A DNA stretch of 64,000 nt from Trichoplax sp. H2 (GCA_003344405.1 NOWV01000018.1:496001-560000), one strand, 5' to 3'; positions 1 to 15,769 are shown, counted from the stretch's first letter. The notes: generated by a model not told the origin, from the sequence alone. Made by a program: numbers and translations.

Positions 1-2576
1 TGCAAAGGATTTCCCGCTCCAGTTAGCCATAAGTATTCTGTTTTAGGTACTTGAATGCATAAAATTGATGGACAGCATTACAATCTACTGTTGGGCATAC
101 AGTACCAATAATAACAATAATCATAATATTATTACGCCATTGCTAACAAGAAGAAAACAACAAAGTCGATTATACGTTGAACAATTTAAAGCCTTGTACT
201 CTTTTTTAATAATTGCGCGTTGACTAAAATTGGCCATGAATATAGATAGCACTATCATGCTAAGTCATAACCATGCTGTAACGGTACTAGCTTCATCATA
301 ATATGGATAAATAATTCTACCAAGCGGGGTCCCTCAAGACACCGCCAAAAAAAACCATTATGCTTTAACTTGATAACGCTACAAAGAGAGAAAGTACTGA
401 TACTGACTCTATCAAAAAAGTGGCATCGTTGTCGTTGGGAGGGATACATTTTAAACGTAGATGATTGGATATTATCATTGCAGATAGGTTATTAGTTCAA
501 CATCATGCGTAACTCGTCTACCATGAAACCAATCGTTCTATCAACGGCAAAAAAGAAACAAGCGTTTCTCATCATTTCGTCATGTTGGTACAGTTCAATT
601 GCATTATTATCCTTCAAAGCCAACAGGATACAGCTGCAGTATTCTATTAAATTGATTTTTTATCTTGGGAATAATTTGCTTGATAAATGGTTGAAATGTA
701 GTCAAATCGAAAAACGCTATAGGTGTGTAATCATTAATTTCAAGTTGCGACCATCCCATCGCATTGATGTTTTTCAACTATTGGACAGTACTGTAGTTGT
801 AGTCTATTCTAGGTCATACTGGTAAGTATGCTATGGGTGAATTGATAGTACAATTTGCATCTTCACTACATTTTTATCACATGTTCAGTTGTTACAAGGC
901 CATCTAGTAAGTACAGGAAGTGCTTATTACACTATAAGTTGTATCATGACTTGAAAGAAACCTGCAATGCTTGTATATCCCACGATGTGAAGTAATATCA
1001 TTTTCTCATGATGGGTTATAAAAATAAAAAAATGATCAATTCAATCCCTCTCCGTACTCTACTGTACTACTGCAGAACAAGCATCATTTTGCCGATATAC
1101 ACTATTATGATCAAGATAAAAATCGTGGAGATGGCAAATAATTGAACATTAGACTTTCATACTACAGTAACTGCAATTTGTACGGCATAACAGCGTGCAG
1201 TCGATATTGAAGGGCAAATAGCAGCCAAACAGTGTTGTAGTCTCTCTCCTATGTTGCTATTTTGTGAACACCGTGCATGACAGTACACTACAATAATTAT
1301 AGATTACATAACAATGATATTGTATAATTAATTAAAAGTGAACATGGATGAAATATTAAGTAAAATAAGTTAGTAGCTTTAAAATAATAACAAATCCCCC
1401 ATATCTACACCTATAGTACCATAGGCAAGAAAGGTTAGCAGTCTACTCACCCATGTCGAAGGGCCGCTACCGACTTGAACTGTGATTCGAGGAGCTTTTT
1501 TAATCACTTGAATGGCGATAAAACACGGACAAAGTGTTGTCGCTGCAGTTGTCGATTCTAGCCGGGCCAGTATCCAAGATGGACTAGTCCAATACACAGT
1601 ACGTCAACAAATATCGTTGCACGTAAGCCCAATAATTTCTATATACAGTCAAAAAGGGGGAAAAAAAAAAAGATTTACAATCTTGAACGCTTGCTTCTCC
1701 TGCTCTTGATATAGCAAAATAATTGAGTATCCGATTCGTACAGTACAGTATGGTGTCAAGCAGTGGAATACGCAGAGTAAAGTAGAAAATTGCTGTTGGG
1801 TACTCGATGGACCGCAACAGATGCAAAGAAAAAAAAAAGTGCCAGCCGCTGTCCATTCTCAATAGAGTGGATGAAATTTGGACCTAGACAATTCTCCAGT
1901 ACAGTATAATTTTTACGGTCATGGTCTCTACTCACTGCTCAGTCAACTTGGATCAAGTAGTTGTGCCAACCGACTAATTTGGCCTTTGCAATGTCTTGCA
2001 TCAGTAGACTAAAAGTGCATAGTATCAGTAGAGTAGAGTAGAGTACAAGATGATTTTCTATCCTGTACAACTTGACGCTATCCATCCATCAATTTTACTC
2101 TCCAATAGCACACCAACTGCATTCAAAATAATATTCCAGCAAACGCATGCACTACTACATTACTGTGTACCTTTTCTATGCGATTACCTATTCAATTCTA
2201 TCCAATTTACGGCACAAGGGATTTCCGATGTTGCAGCTACAACGACGTTGTCAAGATTTCAATCTTCTCCTGTACTCTAGCAAGGTAAAGGAATTGGATT
2301 CCAAACCTGAATTAATTAATTACTAAGCAGAATCATGAGAGTGACTTTACCAACACTGTGGCCTGTGTATGTGACCTACAGTACAGTAAAAGGTCCGGTA
2401 CCAGTTGGGCTTACAGTACACTAGAGTCTCTTTAAAAAAGGGTCTCTACTATACGTTCAGGACAGTGTACGGACAGGGTGCTTACGATATCAGATGCTAT
2501 CACCTACCTCTTGACTCAGACAGTATTAAACCTACACTCTACTGTACTCTGCTCTACTCTCCGCTGTACTCTACTA

Positions 2577-3402
2577 TACTGTACAATTTTTTTTTTTGGG
2601 GGGGGGGAACCTACTGTACTGACTGTGTGTTAAGTTTTCATCTATTTTATTTGGAATTATTTATTTTTATTTCAAGTCTTGGGCTTTGGTATTGATTACA
2701 CACCTACTACTGCTTCAATACTGTAGTAGTGGACACTGTACAGCACCGTACATACGATATATGTACTCAGTACGGACTTGACCGTAGGCTCCGATAAAAC
2801 ATAACCCGAACCCGAAAAACCCGATCAAATTGTTGATTTTCGAAGCCGAAATGACTGCAGTCGCTATGGAAATTCTGAACCCGAATCCCGACCTCGAGTC
2901 GGGTCGGGTTTGGGGCTGACTTTACAGTATACACTCTTCTGTACTATAGCGCACTACAGTACAGTACTATCTGAGAAAAGGTACAGTACTGACAGTATTC
3001 ACCCTACTGTACAGTACAGTACAGTACAGTACAGTACTCTACAGTACTGTACTCTACTCTCCACTGTAGCTACTGTACAGTACTGTACAATTTTTTTTTG
3101 GGGGGGGGGACCCACTGACTGTGTCTGAAAGTGTCTGAAAGTTTTCTTTTTTATTTTATTCTATTTATTTTATTATTTCAAGTCTTGGGCTTTGGTATTG
3201 ATTACACACCTACTACTACTTCCATGGTAGCAGTAATGGACTGTACATAGGATATGTGTACACAGACTCCAGAGTCCGTAAAAACACAACCCCAACTCGA
3301 TCAAATTGTTGATTCTCTAAGCCGAAATGACTGCAATCGCTATGGAAATTCTGAACCCGAATCCTGACCTCGGAATCGGGTCGGGTTTCGGGCTGACTTT
3401 AC
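2577..3402. repeat. Two direct copies (~330-350 bp) of a repeat with a T-run/G-run and a GC-rich hairpin, embedded in TACAG microsatellite
   Basis: 2577-2925 and 3081-3402 share ttcaagtcttgggctttggtattgattacacacc and gatcaaattgttgatt...ggaaattctgaacccgaatcc...gggtcgggttt.gggctgacttta. Confidence 0.85.
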
Positions 3403-3491
3403 CGTCGACTACAGTACTGTACAGTATGACATGCTGAATCCACTCCAGTATACACTATACTGTACTATAGTAGCGTAACCGCCTATCTACT

Positions 3492-3577
3492 GTACGGTGG
3501 CTCATTGACAAATAAGGGAATACGCATGATGTCTTACAAAGCAAAGTAACAAGATTTGTGGATTTGAGCCACCGTAC
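3492..3577. mobile_element. Tiny MITE-like element, probably Tc1/mariner-derived
   Basis: Perfect 13-bp inverted repeat gtacggtggctca / tgagccaccgtac, with TA flanking the CGGTG termini. Confidence 0.55.
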
Positions 3578-5204
3578 CTATCACTCCGGCTACGAGTACG
3601 AGTACTGTAGTCAGTACTAAACAAATGTTCTTGCTCTTGTACAAATGCTACCTGATGCCACCACCATGCTACGGATTGCTAGCACAGAAAAAGTGACCAT
3701 TTTCTTGCCTATTTGTACGAAGCAGAAGCAATGAGACCTGTAAAAACAGCCAGTTCCTAGAAAATATACAGTACTGTACTGTACAGTGTACATCAAAGAT
3801 TTTCAGATTTGACAAAGTACACTATGATAAACTGTGGGTGTCGTTCGATACCCATGCCTATACGACGTCTACACTCTACAGCACGTTGACACCGTATCCA
3901 GTACAAACTTCCTTGCATGCCACATACTGTACTGTACTGTAGAGAGTGCCATACGGCGTTTGTGCGCACAATACACGATACGGTAATGAAGCAACAAGTC
4001 ACAGGGTGGTAGAGAGGAAATGAAAACTCTCACAATCCATCGCACCTGCAAACAGCCTGTTGCCAACCAGTCATAAAATTGAAATTAATTAAAATACAAT
4101 CTCTTATTATTTTTCAATTGCCAATGAGTCATTATCCTACCACACTTTGCAAGGAATCGCTGCATACTAGTATAGCCATTATCATATCCCTCCACTTTTA
4201 TGCTAGATTTTCTTATAAATGCATATGCAGGAATGGTACTTCCTATATCAAATATGATTACTATCAGACCTCTTCAATTCCTGCCTTGGTAATAATAATC
4301 CATCCAAATACAATAGTGAAATCTGAATGATATCATCCTATTCCATTAATGTGGGCTTTAATGAACTAATCTAGTATGCTTTTGACCATTTACTCTTTCT
4401 TTACTTTCGCTGATATCCAATCGTCACATCAAATCATATTCTTGTATCGAGTCAAAAAAATGCAAATTACATCAATGCGCATACGAGGATATAGTATTTT
4501 ATGAATACGTAATGCGTCATAAATGGGTTTAATCAAGGTAAGAAACAGGTTACGACACCGGTAAGAGTCATCAGTAAAAAATTGGATCGATTATCAAGTA
4601 CAAGTTTAATTTCTTTCCCTAAAAAACCGATCGATGCTACAAGCTTATACTCTTATCTATTACTATAAGCGATGGATGTATTTATGCGAATGATAAAGCA
4701 TGAAATCGACAGCAGTATCACGCGCATTATTATAATTATTAGAATCAATGTTTGTACCCATAAACATGCCAAATGCAATAAAAATGAATTTTTTTTGGTT
4801 AACATTTACACTCTTATAGCCACTATCATATAATGATAGTGTTACAGTTATATAATAAATAGAATTATTATTTTTATGTCCATTACCTTTCTCTGCCAGG
4901 CATAAAACCAATGTGATATGAATAGAAATTAACGAATTTTCTTGATTTGGAATAAGTTCGAAATTTATTTTTACTTCCAATTTTATTTCGCATCCTTGGC
5001 CATGTATATGACAGTCTTAACCAATTTTGGCTACTAATACTAAAAGTGTTAACTTCAAGTTGTGAACTGTCAGTGGTATGTTTGCAATAGATTACTGAAA
5101 AGTTATACTGTACTTCTAAATTGTATTAGTGCATTCTATACGAGTATACCAGCTGTAATGTCGTTCTACTACAAACTAAGCAACAGAATTTAGGAATTCC
5201 TTCC

Positions 5205-5560
5205 TGTGTTATTTCATATTCGATATTCCATGCTCCAAATCTAAGAGAAATACAGTCTACTGTAATTCTTCTAATGCTCGTACATAGAACTCCTAGCTGT
5301 ATTATTTCATACTCGGTATTCTATGCTCCAAATCTAAGAGAAATACAGTCTACTATAATTCTTCTAATGCTCGTACATAGAACTCCTAGCTGTATTATTT
5401 CATACTCGATATTCTATGTTCCAAATCTAAGAGAAATACAGTCTACTGTAATTCTTCTAATGCTCGTACATAGAACTCCTAGCTGTATTATTTCATACTC
5501 GATATTCTATGCTCCAAATCTACGAGAAATACAGTCTACTGTAATTCTTCTAATACTCAT
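5205..5560. repeat. 93-bp tandem repeat, ~3.7 copies
   Basis: atgctcgtacatagaac recurs at 5274, 5367 and 5460, and the units are nearly identical. Confidence 0.95.
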
Positions 5561-8500
5561 ATACATATTATGAATAAACTATTTTACCATCAATGGCTCG
5601 TAATTGTAATACAAGTGTAGATAGAAATAAGATAGTCAAAGAAAAGTTAAATTTTTACCTATAATAATTGAAAGTTTATCGCATATAATTTAAATGTAAA
5701 ACGTATAGCAAATCGAATCTAATTGTGTTTAAATTAATGCCGTTCAAAATGATCTTTGTGGCAAATTTTGATGCAACATGTTTTTCAAGAACAGCGAATG
5801 ACTATACAGTTTGGGCGACAATTTTATTATGGCAAAAGTCATGAAAGAAGCCTACAGTAGATCCAATCGAAAATGCATAAATAAGATTTATGCTATTAGT
5901 GATAGAACGAAGAATGAATTATTCACCTAAGAATAAACACCAATGTTCTAATTTAATCTCCTTTAAAGTTTCTATATCCTTTTTCAGACAATGCTCCTGT
6001 GTTCCAGGTGCTGAAATGAACTGTCTACTATGCCACTGACATTAATTCCTGTCAAAAAATTAGGAACGAATAATTTTATAATAAATGTATAATTCCTATG
6101 CTGTATGATATCGATAGCAAGTGTCTGTAGTAGCATTGTTACTCTGGGTGTCTCTATCTACAGCATAGGCGTCTCGATGCTTGGCTTACCGAACAAGGCG
6201 TACAATTGTACATTGTTGACGGTGTAATTTTGTGACTTAGAGAAATTTCATTTTTCCATTGATTAAGTATTGTCAATGTTATTCCTAATATTAATGTGGC
6301 ATAGTCTCAGGATAGTAGCATTACCAAATATTCTGACTTTCATGACAGTCATATTTGGATGTTGTCTCCATTTGAATAGCTGTCGGACGCCATAATCATC
6401 ATTTCTAGAAAACTTGTTGAATTATGCATTGTTTAAGCTATGGCGCATCTAAAATAGCTTACTCCAATAATACCTCATCGTAATCTTTTCTAATTATGTT
6501 CCGACTATATGAAATAGAAGTCTATATTCGTCGAATAGTATAAAACCTGCTGATCAATTTCTCATTCTAAATAAATAATAACCGACAGTTCTCAGGTAAC
6601 CCCACGAGGAGAAGGCGTTCTATGTATCACAAACTGATGACTCATCTCTAATTAATAAGTAGAAATTATAATTGCAGGAACGTGTAAAGGTATCCTAAAA
6701 ATTATAAAAGTATACGTACATACTGTATATCTGTTGAATTTCATCATCTATCTGTAAATAGGTGCATTGTTAATAGATATTAATAACATTGTATGAATGC
6801 AGGGAATAAAGTAGGAACTATTATTCATAGACACTGCTTCATATAAAACATAACACTGAAGTAAACACTCTGCACCTGACAAAAAGTATTAATAGACGAT
6901 GTTCTGCATTAAGAATAAAATTTAGTCAACTTCTACCCTCTCAAAGATCAATTATTCACCTTTCATCTACCGATCAGATAAAAATTAGCATAAATAATAC
7001 CGATAATTACGTAAGGGAAAGTCAATAATACGACTTCTTTATAGCAATTACCGTTCATGGTCAATTCTTAATTACTCCCAATAACAGTTATTTAAGCTTC
7101 ACAAAAGAGATCTTTCTGATTATATGATTGCGTTACAATGCTCTATTGAATGTGTATTATTACCCACTCTTAAAACGCAACGCAGACATACCGTACTCGT
7201 TTATAAAGCTATTTGGCAGTACGATAGTAAAATATGGTGTTGTCTCAAATTAGGCAATATTATGTTACAGGCAAGTTAATATTTTAGCATATCTTGACTT
7301 ATTTGAAAATTATCTTCATGTATACGAAGCGTAAGCAAATTGATAAGATTCCAAAACTACTTTCTGAATGTTCACTTAATATTTACTAAATAAAGTATCG
7401 CTGTTACATATCAGTAGATACTGTAGAATAAACTCATATTGTGTAATATTCTAACTGCTTTATATCTCAAAAATTTTTAGTTAAACTTGCTCTCTAATCG
7501 CTATCTAACTAACATAAGTAACTATAACTTCGTGAAAGATATCTAGATGCAAATGAAGCAATATTAATTATGCTTTTTTCCATCCTATAGATGTGAATTA
7601 TTTATATGCTAATTACCTTAAGCAAATCTTGAGCGAATTTCCGCTTAAAATTTATCTAGACAACGCAATCAAAGCAGATAATAATTGAAATTATTGTTAC
7701 CCCTCTTTGTGTATCTTTCGATTTTAATAATAACACATAACAAATTTTCAAGTTCAAACTAACTATGATATCATTATAAACGACCATTGTACATTATATA
7801 CTTACATAATATAACCTACATCACGTCATATATAGAAAAATTTCAAGTTAAAACTACCAAGTAGATTAGTAAGAGATGATGCTATAGTTCATGGTTGTAG
7901 AAACATTCGAATTGAACTATCACCCCGGATTTTAATTACTAATAAGTGCATGCGTATTGCTAATCATCACCAACTCTCCTACTTCTTGATTGACTTGATA
8001 TAGTTACTAATATCAAGAATCTAACGCTTTAGCGTTGCCAAAACGTTTAGGTTTCTTCAAACTAGAATGAACAATTTAAATGATAATGATACGGTACCGT
8101 TCAAACATCCTTTAAGTTTGAGTCATCAATAACTGTTCATTGCAAACTGAAAGCTACTTTTTTATTGATTTAAACTTAATAAATGTTTCAAGTATCGTAA
8201 TCGTCAGGTTTACGACAGTCTACTACCGGTAAATGATATTGCAACGATAGCATTCAAACAAAATTTAGGGCCATTACTAAAATTTATAGCTATTTTTACC
8301 GTTTACATTCAACGAGATCGTATGCAATAAAAATAATCAAACTTTCGGTGATTATTTATTAGTATTTTGTGTTTCAATTACAGTTACAGTCTTAAGAACG
8401 CATATGCCACTTAGATAGTTTATTGAGCAGTGCTGTTGCTGACTCAAGTGCTTTCGGTACCGTACATCTTTAAATGCATGCATGCAATAACTGCAACGAA

Positions 8501-8714
8501 TGTTTATCCTTTATAGATTATTATACGTATTGCCGACAATCTACCTGGCATGGTGATTTACCGCTTTAAAACCTATCATACTAAATATTAAAATAGCGAC
8601 TTCATACGCGATATTTCCCCTTAAATTTGCATTAAGTTTTATTTAGCCAAGATCTCTTAAGTACGAGTAAAGTAATTGTTCACTTATACAAGCGCACCCG
8701 ATTTAAAAGGGTGT

Positions 8715-8920
8715 ATTCCTTAAAAAGTTAAATCGATAAACTCATGCACTACATTATACTTTGATATGCGGATTAAATTGTCTATTCCAAGAAAAGCTAA
8801 ATCGCTAAACTCATGCACTGTATTATGCCTTGATATATAGATTAAATTGTCTATTCCAAAAAAGCTGAATCATTAACTCATGCACTGTATTATATCTTGA
8901 TGTACTGATTAAATTAAGTT
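8715..8920. repeat. Degenerate ~68-bp tandem repeat, 3 copies
   Basis: aactcatgcact...gattaaatt recurs near 8739, 8808 and 8875. Confidence 0.8.
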
Positions 8921-11900
8921 GCACTACGACTCCTTTTAACCAAGAGTAAAGTAGTTGCTCAATGGTGTAGACCTGATTGGCGGGCAAAGGAGATTGTATT
9001 CATTTAATCAATGCTATTTTTATAAAACGTAAAAATATTAAGTTCTCACGCTATTTTCTTTGATATACAGATTAAATTAAGCTATGTCGAAATCTTTTAA
9101 TCAAGAGCAGAGTAATTGTGTGTTGATGCAGACATGATTGATGAATGGAAAGCTCTTTGCATATTCCAATGCGGTACTAATTTAGTACTTAGCTGAACAA
9201 TGTTTAAAATAAATCTAGGCCTTTATAATGAAATCTAGCATACATATTAAGCATACGCCTACAAGAAGTAAATAACCAGTTAACTCTATACGGCTTAGCT
9301 ACACTTACAATTTACATAATACCTCTGATATAATACAATGACCTTGTATTTTGCAGGGTCTTATATGTTTAAGTGGTGGTATGATATCATTGTAATATCA
9401 GCACAAATTCATTAGATATTTAAAGTTATTTATAAGCAAGAACTTATTTTCGAACTTGACGAATTAGGAATGTTCAATGGTTTATAAATTCGAACAGGGT
9501 CAGGTCTAATTGTAAAATATAGTCAGTTTACATAATAAATTACCAGCAACAGCTAGTGAGTGCTGTATAACAACAACTGGCTTATGAATAAAAGCGATCC
9601 TGACATATTAATAAATGAAACTGGAAACTTCTTAAATTAATCATTTCAGGTCCTACCGGAAATATTCTTAAAGCACATTCTGAAACATAAACTTGCAGCT
9701 AAAATTTCAATAATAGTTAATTTAATTAGCTGTCACATTTTAATTAATGGCAATGCAAATAATAAAGACGGTAGCTTGCTTTCTTTACATGGAGTAGGAG
9801 GAAGAAACTTCTTGATAGCCTGAATATTTTTAAATAAATTAACTGCAGTGTAATTTATAATACTGAACCAATGATGATGAACAAATTGCTGTCACTGAGG
9901 ATCTGATTTAGAACCACAGCAGACTCTATTGTTCCTACAGTTGCAAATTAATTTTGCGTATAGCTTCTAACATGCGTATATAATTAGTTGTGATCAAAAC
10001 GATTACTAAAGAGTTCATATTAAGAGCAATTCATCTTTCTATGTCCCAAATTTATTAATAGCAATGACTATTTTCATGCTTTATGTTAGCCCAAATGTAG
10101 TAAGAAGAATAGTATCACTATCCAGTTACTAACTCAACAAGCTTTACTATTATATTCTGCACAAACTGTGTTATTGCAAAAATGAAAGAAAACACCCATA
10201 CTTACCAAATCTGTCGGATCATAATGGTACATATCGGTGAAAGATATCATTAATGTACCTCAATTATTACATTATTGAAAAGTTTTACATCAGTGTTACA
10301 CATCATACGTATAATAATATTACAATAGATCAGAAATAAAATTGCTAAGCTACGATATCGATTTATTAATGTATGCTACAATGCATTGAGTTCTGTCTTG
10401 CTAGGGAATATGGTATGAGCCTAAAGCTATACAAGCTAAAAAGTTTATAGAGTATATCTTCTTAAAAAGATTGTCTCAATAGCTTATAATTGCATTTGCT
10501 AGATCTAGCTTTACAAATTTAATTAAGGCAACGTCAGCCAATTTTAAACAAAACATCACGCTTTAGATTTGTCATCGTCCGAGATCTATTGTAGAGTATT
10601 TTCTAGCTTCCGCTGCAGCGCTTGTCGACCTATCTTCCGTATTTTAAGGTCAAAGTATAAGTAAACGAGTCATCCTTTGCAAAATCGAACATTCCTTCCT
10701 AACTGTATACTTAACATGCAGGTTTAATTTATGCATCATCATGAAGATAATTTATAATTCTATCCAATGATTACCAACATAAGATGTCATTGGATAAAGA
10801 AAACGATAACTTATAGTTACTATAACAATCTTCTCCTATAGGAATAGCTAGAGACCCTTTTAGGACCTCGCGCGGTAGCTATCAGCTAGTATAACCAATT
10901 ATTGTATTATATATTGCATATACTTTGTATCTATGGATGATCACATCATTACTTCTAAATTAGCTAGCCTAAATTGTATTTTAATTGCCTATACTATAGA
11001 TATGAATCATGGTTGAAAATATAAATTAAGTCCATTTGGATATAGAATATGGTGGAATGGAGTACAACAGATTGAAAATGACCGCATTATCATGCTAATC
11101 TAATCCGTTATAGAGAAAAAATGTGAAAGTCTTATTTGTTTATTTGATTGACACATTGTAACAATAGGGGAGGAGAAGGTAGACCCGGAATAACAAGATA
11201 GCATGAATAAAACTAGGCCAGGGGGTATCTCATCCATGTACTATGCAAGGCTTTAAATAGGAGCGGTAGGCTAGCTAATTTAGGCCAATGTTGGACTACC
11301 AATTGAAAGTTGGGCAGCGTATGGATAGGAAGACAATCATTCAGGCGGTCTATAGTGGAGTAAAACTATTCAAGGACGAATACTATCGAAGCTAAGGTAA
11401 TGCTTATTAGCGCTACTTCTATAGTATGAGTATGATTGTATTGAAATGTCAGTTGATCATTATCCATTTGTATAGATTTGCGTAGTCTAGTCTGGTAGAT
11501 TGGACAGTTAGCAGCATTTGTTGTCTCTCTTAAGTTATTTTTGTCCAGCCGTAAGACAAGATAACCACATTACTCATAACAATTATCCAGTCTCGATATT
11601 AGCCTTGTCTGTTGGTAATTAATTGAAAGTGTCAGTTTAAACTGATAAGACTGGCGTCAATCTATCTTTAATCCTGGTAATTAATCTACATTAAATCGGC
11701 TCTTGGCGATCCGTTAAGACGAACATTTGGAATTAATAATTAAGTAGTTGATTTGAGCCTATCTTGTATGACATCCAATTTTGACTCTTTCACCCAAAAC
11801 TAGTTGATCAACAAACAAGTCCAAGAGAAAATTTTAAACGATTCATTGGAAAATTTCAACAATATAAAATACATCTATCAAGACTGAAATACCATTATCT

Positions 11901-14900
11901 ATCTATCTCCTGAATCGACGTCTTCCAAAGGTAAGCTAGAGTGAGCCATCGTCATATGAAATAGGATAAACGGATAAAATTGTCATCGTAAGTCATCATT
12001 AAATGTTAAAATCACCTCGTATGGCTTCTAGTCATTAGCTCTAAAAAAAATCACGTAGCAATAAAGACCCAAGGCCAAATATTGCTTAAGATGATATCTA
12101 GTCATAAATTCAATCAGATAATCTAATATTCTAGAAAGGATTAGTTAAATACCGATACTGTATCGATCCTTTATTTAATTCTACTGTCATTTTAATTTAC
12201 CATTTAAAATATTTTATGACATGTTAAAGTAAACTGTACAGTAAGAGTTTACTATGGATGAGATTGACAGGGTCTTAAGCGTTATTACTATAAATGTTTT
12301 ACCCAAATTTAATATCTTATTTTGAGTTTGGTAATCAATCACCATCGATTTCCGATCAAGTTAACTGAACTGATTGACCGTTTAATATCGACATTTTACC
12401 CTTACGATAGCCACAATTTACTTAAGATATGGTCGTTTTGACCATCTTTTTGCGTAGACGCCATACTATTTTGAGTTTCATTAGCGTTGTTGATAAATAT
12501 TACTGGATTATTCATTATCGACTATTCGTAAATACGTTAGGATAATTCTAAACATTCTTGATAAACTTTCATTCACCGACAGAATTTGATTTAATCAAAT
12601 TCTATTTAATCGTTATCTTTCTGTAAAAGAGGCATTGGACTTGATCGAACAGTCAATGCTACAGTAGTAGTAGACATTATTTTGATCTCTCCGTGACAGT
12701 GAATACTTCTTTCTAAAAACGGCTTGCCAAATTCCTTGTTGACTAGATTTATCCCTGCAGACAATTGTTCACCATAAATCTTAAATTGATTACGATCTTA
12801 ATATATTGATAGCATATAGCAATCATCAACCGGGTGAAATTAAATTAATAACGCGTCTCATTATCATTCACTCAGCCTTCATATATTTAGCTATCCAACT
12901 AGTAACCATAGTCTGAGCAAGCTACTGTATCAACAATAATAATTGTTTTGGTTAGCTGAAATGGATCATTTCTTTCGGTAAGAATGCCTACTTACGTCGC
13001 CACAATTACCTATTTAATCTGTTATTTACAACAAATTACCTTGGAACAAGCCCTATAATCTTCATTAATAATTAGCGTTAACCAAGCGTTTAGCTAAATT
13101 TTTTCCTTCTTCATTTAGCAGCTCTTATTATTGATCATTCTACCCTAATAAATTTTAGTTGTTTTGCATAACTTACAAAAGCAGTTTCTATCGCTCTATC
13201 TAATCAATCGATAATAATATCATAAGGAACTGATATAATAACCTTCGTCTTAACGTCCGAAAATTTTATAAGTATTTCGTCTTTTCATAGTGAATATTCA
13301 TATCATCGTCATCGTTAACTAATAGCATTTTTATTTGGCTTGATCAAAGTTCATCTATTTACAGCACTAATGTCTTTATAAGCAACAGAGTATCCAACAT
13401 TTAAACAGTTAATTTCAAGGTATGCATTGTAAAACTGTTAATGAATATGGCATTTGTGACCTTTTCGTGCCACCAATTCACGTCCTTTTAGACGAAAACA
13501 AGAATATGACTGATTTTAAGCGTTAGGGTTAGGGATGTATAGAACTAATTCCAATAAAATTCTTTCCATAACATAAAATACTAGGCCTTGGCAACATAAA
13601 AAGTAAACTTTTTCCAGCTTATTTGTTTAAATCTTACAGCACCAACTAGATTTTCCTACCTACTGTACTTCTGTTCTCTTGCAAACTTTGTGATGTTTGC
13701 AATAGAAAATCTTTAACAGGTCACCTTTTCGTAAGTAAGTCCCTCAATCTGAAAGTATACGACCAATATTCAGCTCATACTGATTGTATGGTTTAGTTAT
13801 GTTTGCAAAGAAATAGGATTAGGCGTATAGCCTTTCTGGATAAAGCAGACGACTTGACGCCGGTTTTCAAAACAATAAAACTAACACTTACATACGAGCG
13901 TTAACAGCTAGGAAGAATAACAAGAGTTTAACGATTCTTCACTAGCTAGCATTGACTTAGACATGCTAATCTTGACGGGCTAAATTAGAAAAGGAGAATT
14001 GAATGACCGCTAGAGTAGCAAGTATTAAGACATTCACGACGATCTTTTTCCTTGGATCTTCTACAATCCTGTTGGAGAGAAGTATAAAGTAGTGATTATA
14101 CTGTCATGCCATAGAAATTACTATTCGCAAAGTCTATCGTTTCTTCCGCTTAATGTAATGTATCATGGTAGATTTTAGAATAGAAAATGAATAAATTTAT
14201 AGAGAAAATAGGCTGTACTATAAATTCTTTAACAATTTGACGAAGTCGCTTAAAATTTTATAAAGGAAAAGTTACTAAAAAGTAATGATAATTTAATCAT
14301 TTAGGCATGATGACAGTGATAGCCATATTTTAATGCACTATTTATATCTAGCCTGTCATGCTGAAAGTATTGGTTATAATTTGTGTACTTATCCTCCATC
14401 TGGTCATTACGTTATTTAGCATAGTTGCAATTATATATATTACAGGAAGCATATTCAATCGTGCTACCTTCGAAATAAAACTCGTAATAGTAGCCTATAT
14501 TAATTCATCAATGATTACATTTTCTTGATACTAGTAACTACGTAAAGATTCCATTTAACTATATTTCTAACCGAAATTTCTGTTCTATAAAGTGCAGCTC
14601 CCTCCTCTATTATTTATCCGTTCGTAATAGTATGACCTTGCTATGAATTTACTGTAGTCGCTAGCTATAACCGAATTATGACTAACGGTATTTCTCTACA
14701 ATCTATGTCCTCTTGATCTTTTTCAGCATTTATAACACTAATATAATTATTGCACAGCAAATCATTATACTGTGGCCAATATTTCTGCAGAAATAATATT
14801 ACTTTATTATTGGCTAACAAATTGTTGGCACCGATGTGAGCATGCGGTCAAGAATTAAAATTTACTGATCTAATTCTTATTCGTATCGGAGGCAATGTAG

Positions 14901-15769
14901 TTCAGAATGAGATTTCTCCACTTATGTTGCAATTTTAAGCACATCGTATGTCGACCCCAACTAAAATTATTTCATATTGCAATAATGATTTGACTAATTT
15001 CCGCTAGATTGGAATACTATCAACCTTACGCTAGTTGATCGCAAAGAATTTCTTTCTCAACATCAGTTCTGGATCATTATTGACTACCAGCCACGAATTA
15101 CGTTAACTAAATAATTTTGATGGTACAATAACGATATTAAGCTGTTGATGGATAACCATTGTGAAATCTTCTCAATCCTGTATTTTAAATTTATACCCGA
15201 TATTAATATTAAAAATTGAGTTTCCACGGTTGTTACATAAACACAAATCTCAACAAATTAGTATTTGTTACAGTAGCCAGTAAAGTCTTGTTGATACTAG
15301 CCGTAGATTTAATTCCTTCCAGCAGAATAATCATCCAATTTGAGCAGTATTTTTTGGCTTTCTTTATAATTTAACATGATGTAAAAGCAGAAGCAATTTT
15401 AAGCATCGCGCTCTATACCGTATCTTATACAAAATTTATGAATTTTTAATCGATAATGAATTGAGTGATGATATATTAAACAGTTTCACTTTATATGATA
15501 AAATCTTGCAAAGATCTCGACATACAAATATGTTGTAAACTAATGACTTTAGAAGCTGCATTATATCATTAAACTTAAATTTAAGAAAGGCAAAATTCTT
15601 TACCCTAGATTATGCTAGGACTTAATAGTATCATGATCACATCATAGATAGATTTTTCCAGCTTTTACTATCTACGCGTATGTTGGTATGTTTATATCAT
15701 ATTCTGAAGTATGAATGATACATTTTTTAAATTTTGTAGATCCAAAGATAATTATTCTTACCTTTCAAG

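Noticed and set aside
1-2400. Several short ORFs on both strands
   Set aside because: No recognisable domain or consistent exon chain; possibly decayed repeat or transposon sequence.
5274-5573. 99-aa ORF with a 31-aa repeat; CRISPR-like periodicity
   Set aside because: It is a by-product of a 93-bp tandem repeat, with no unique spacers or cas genes and a eukaryotic context.
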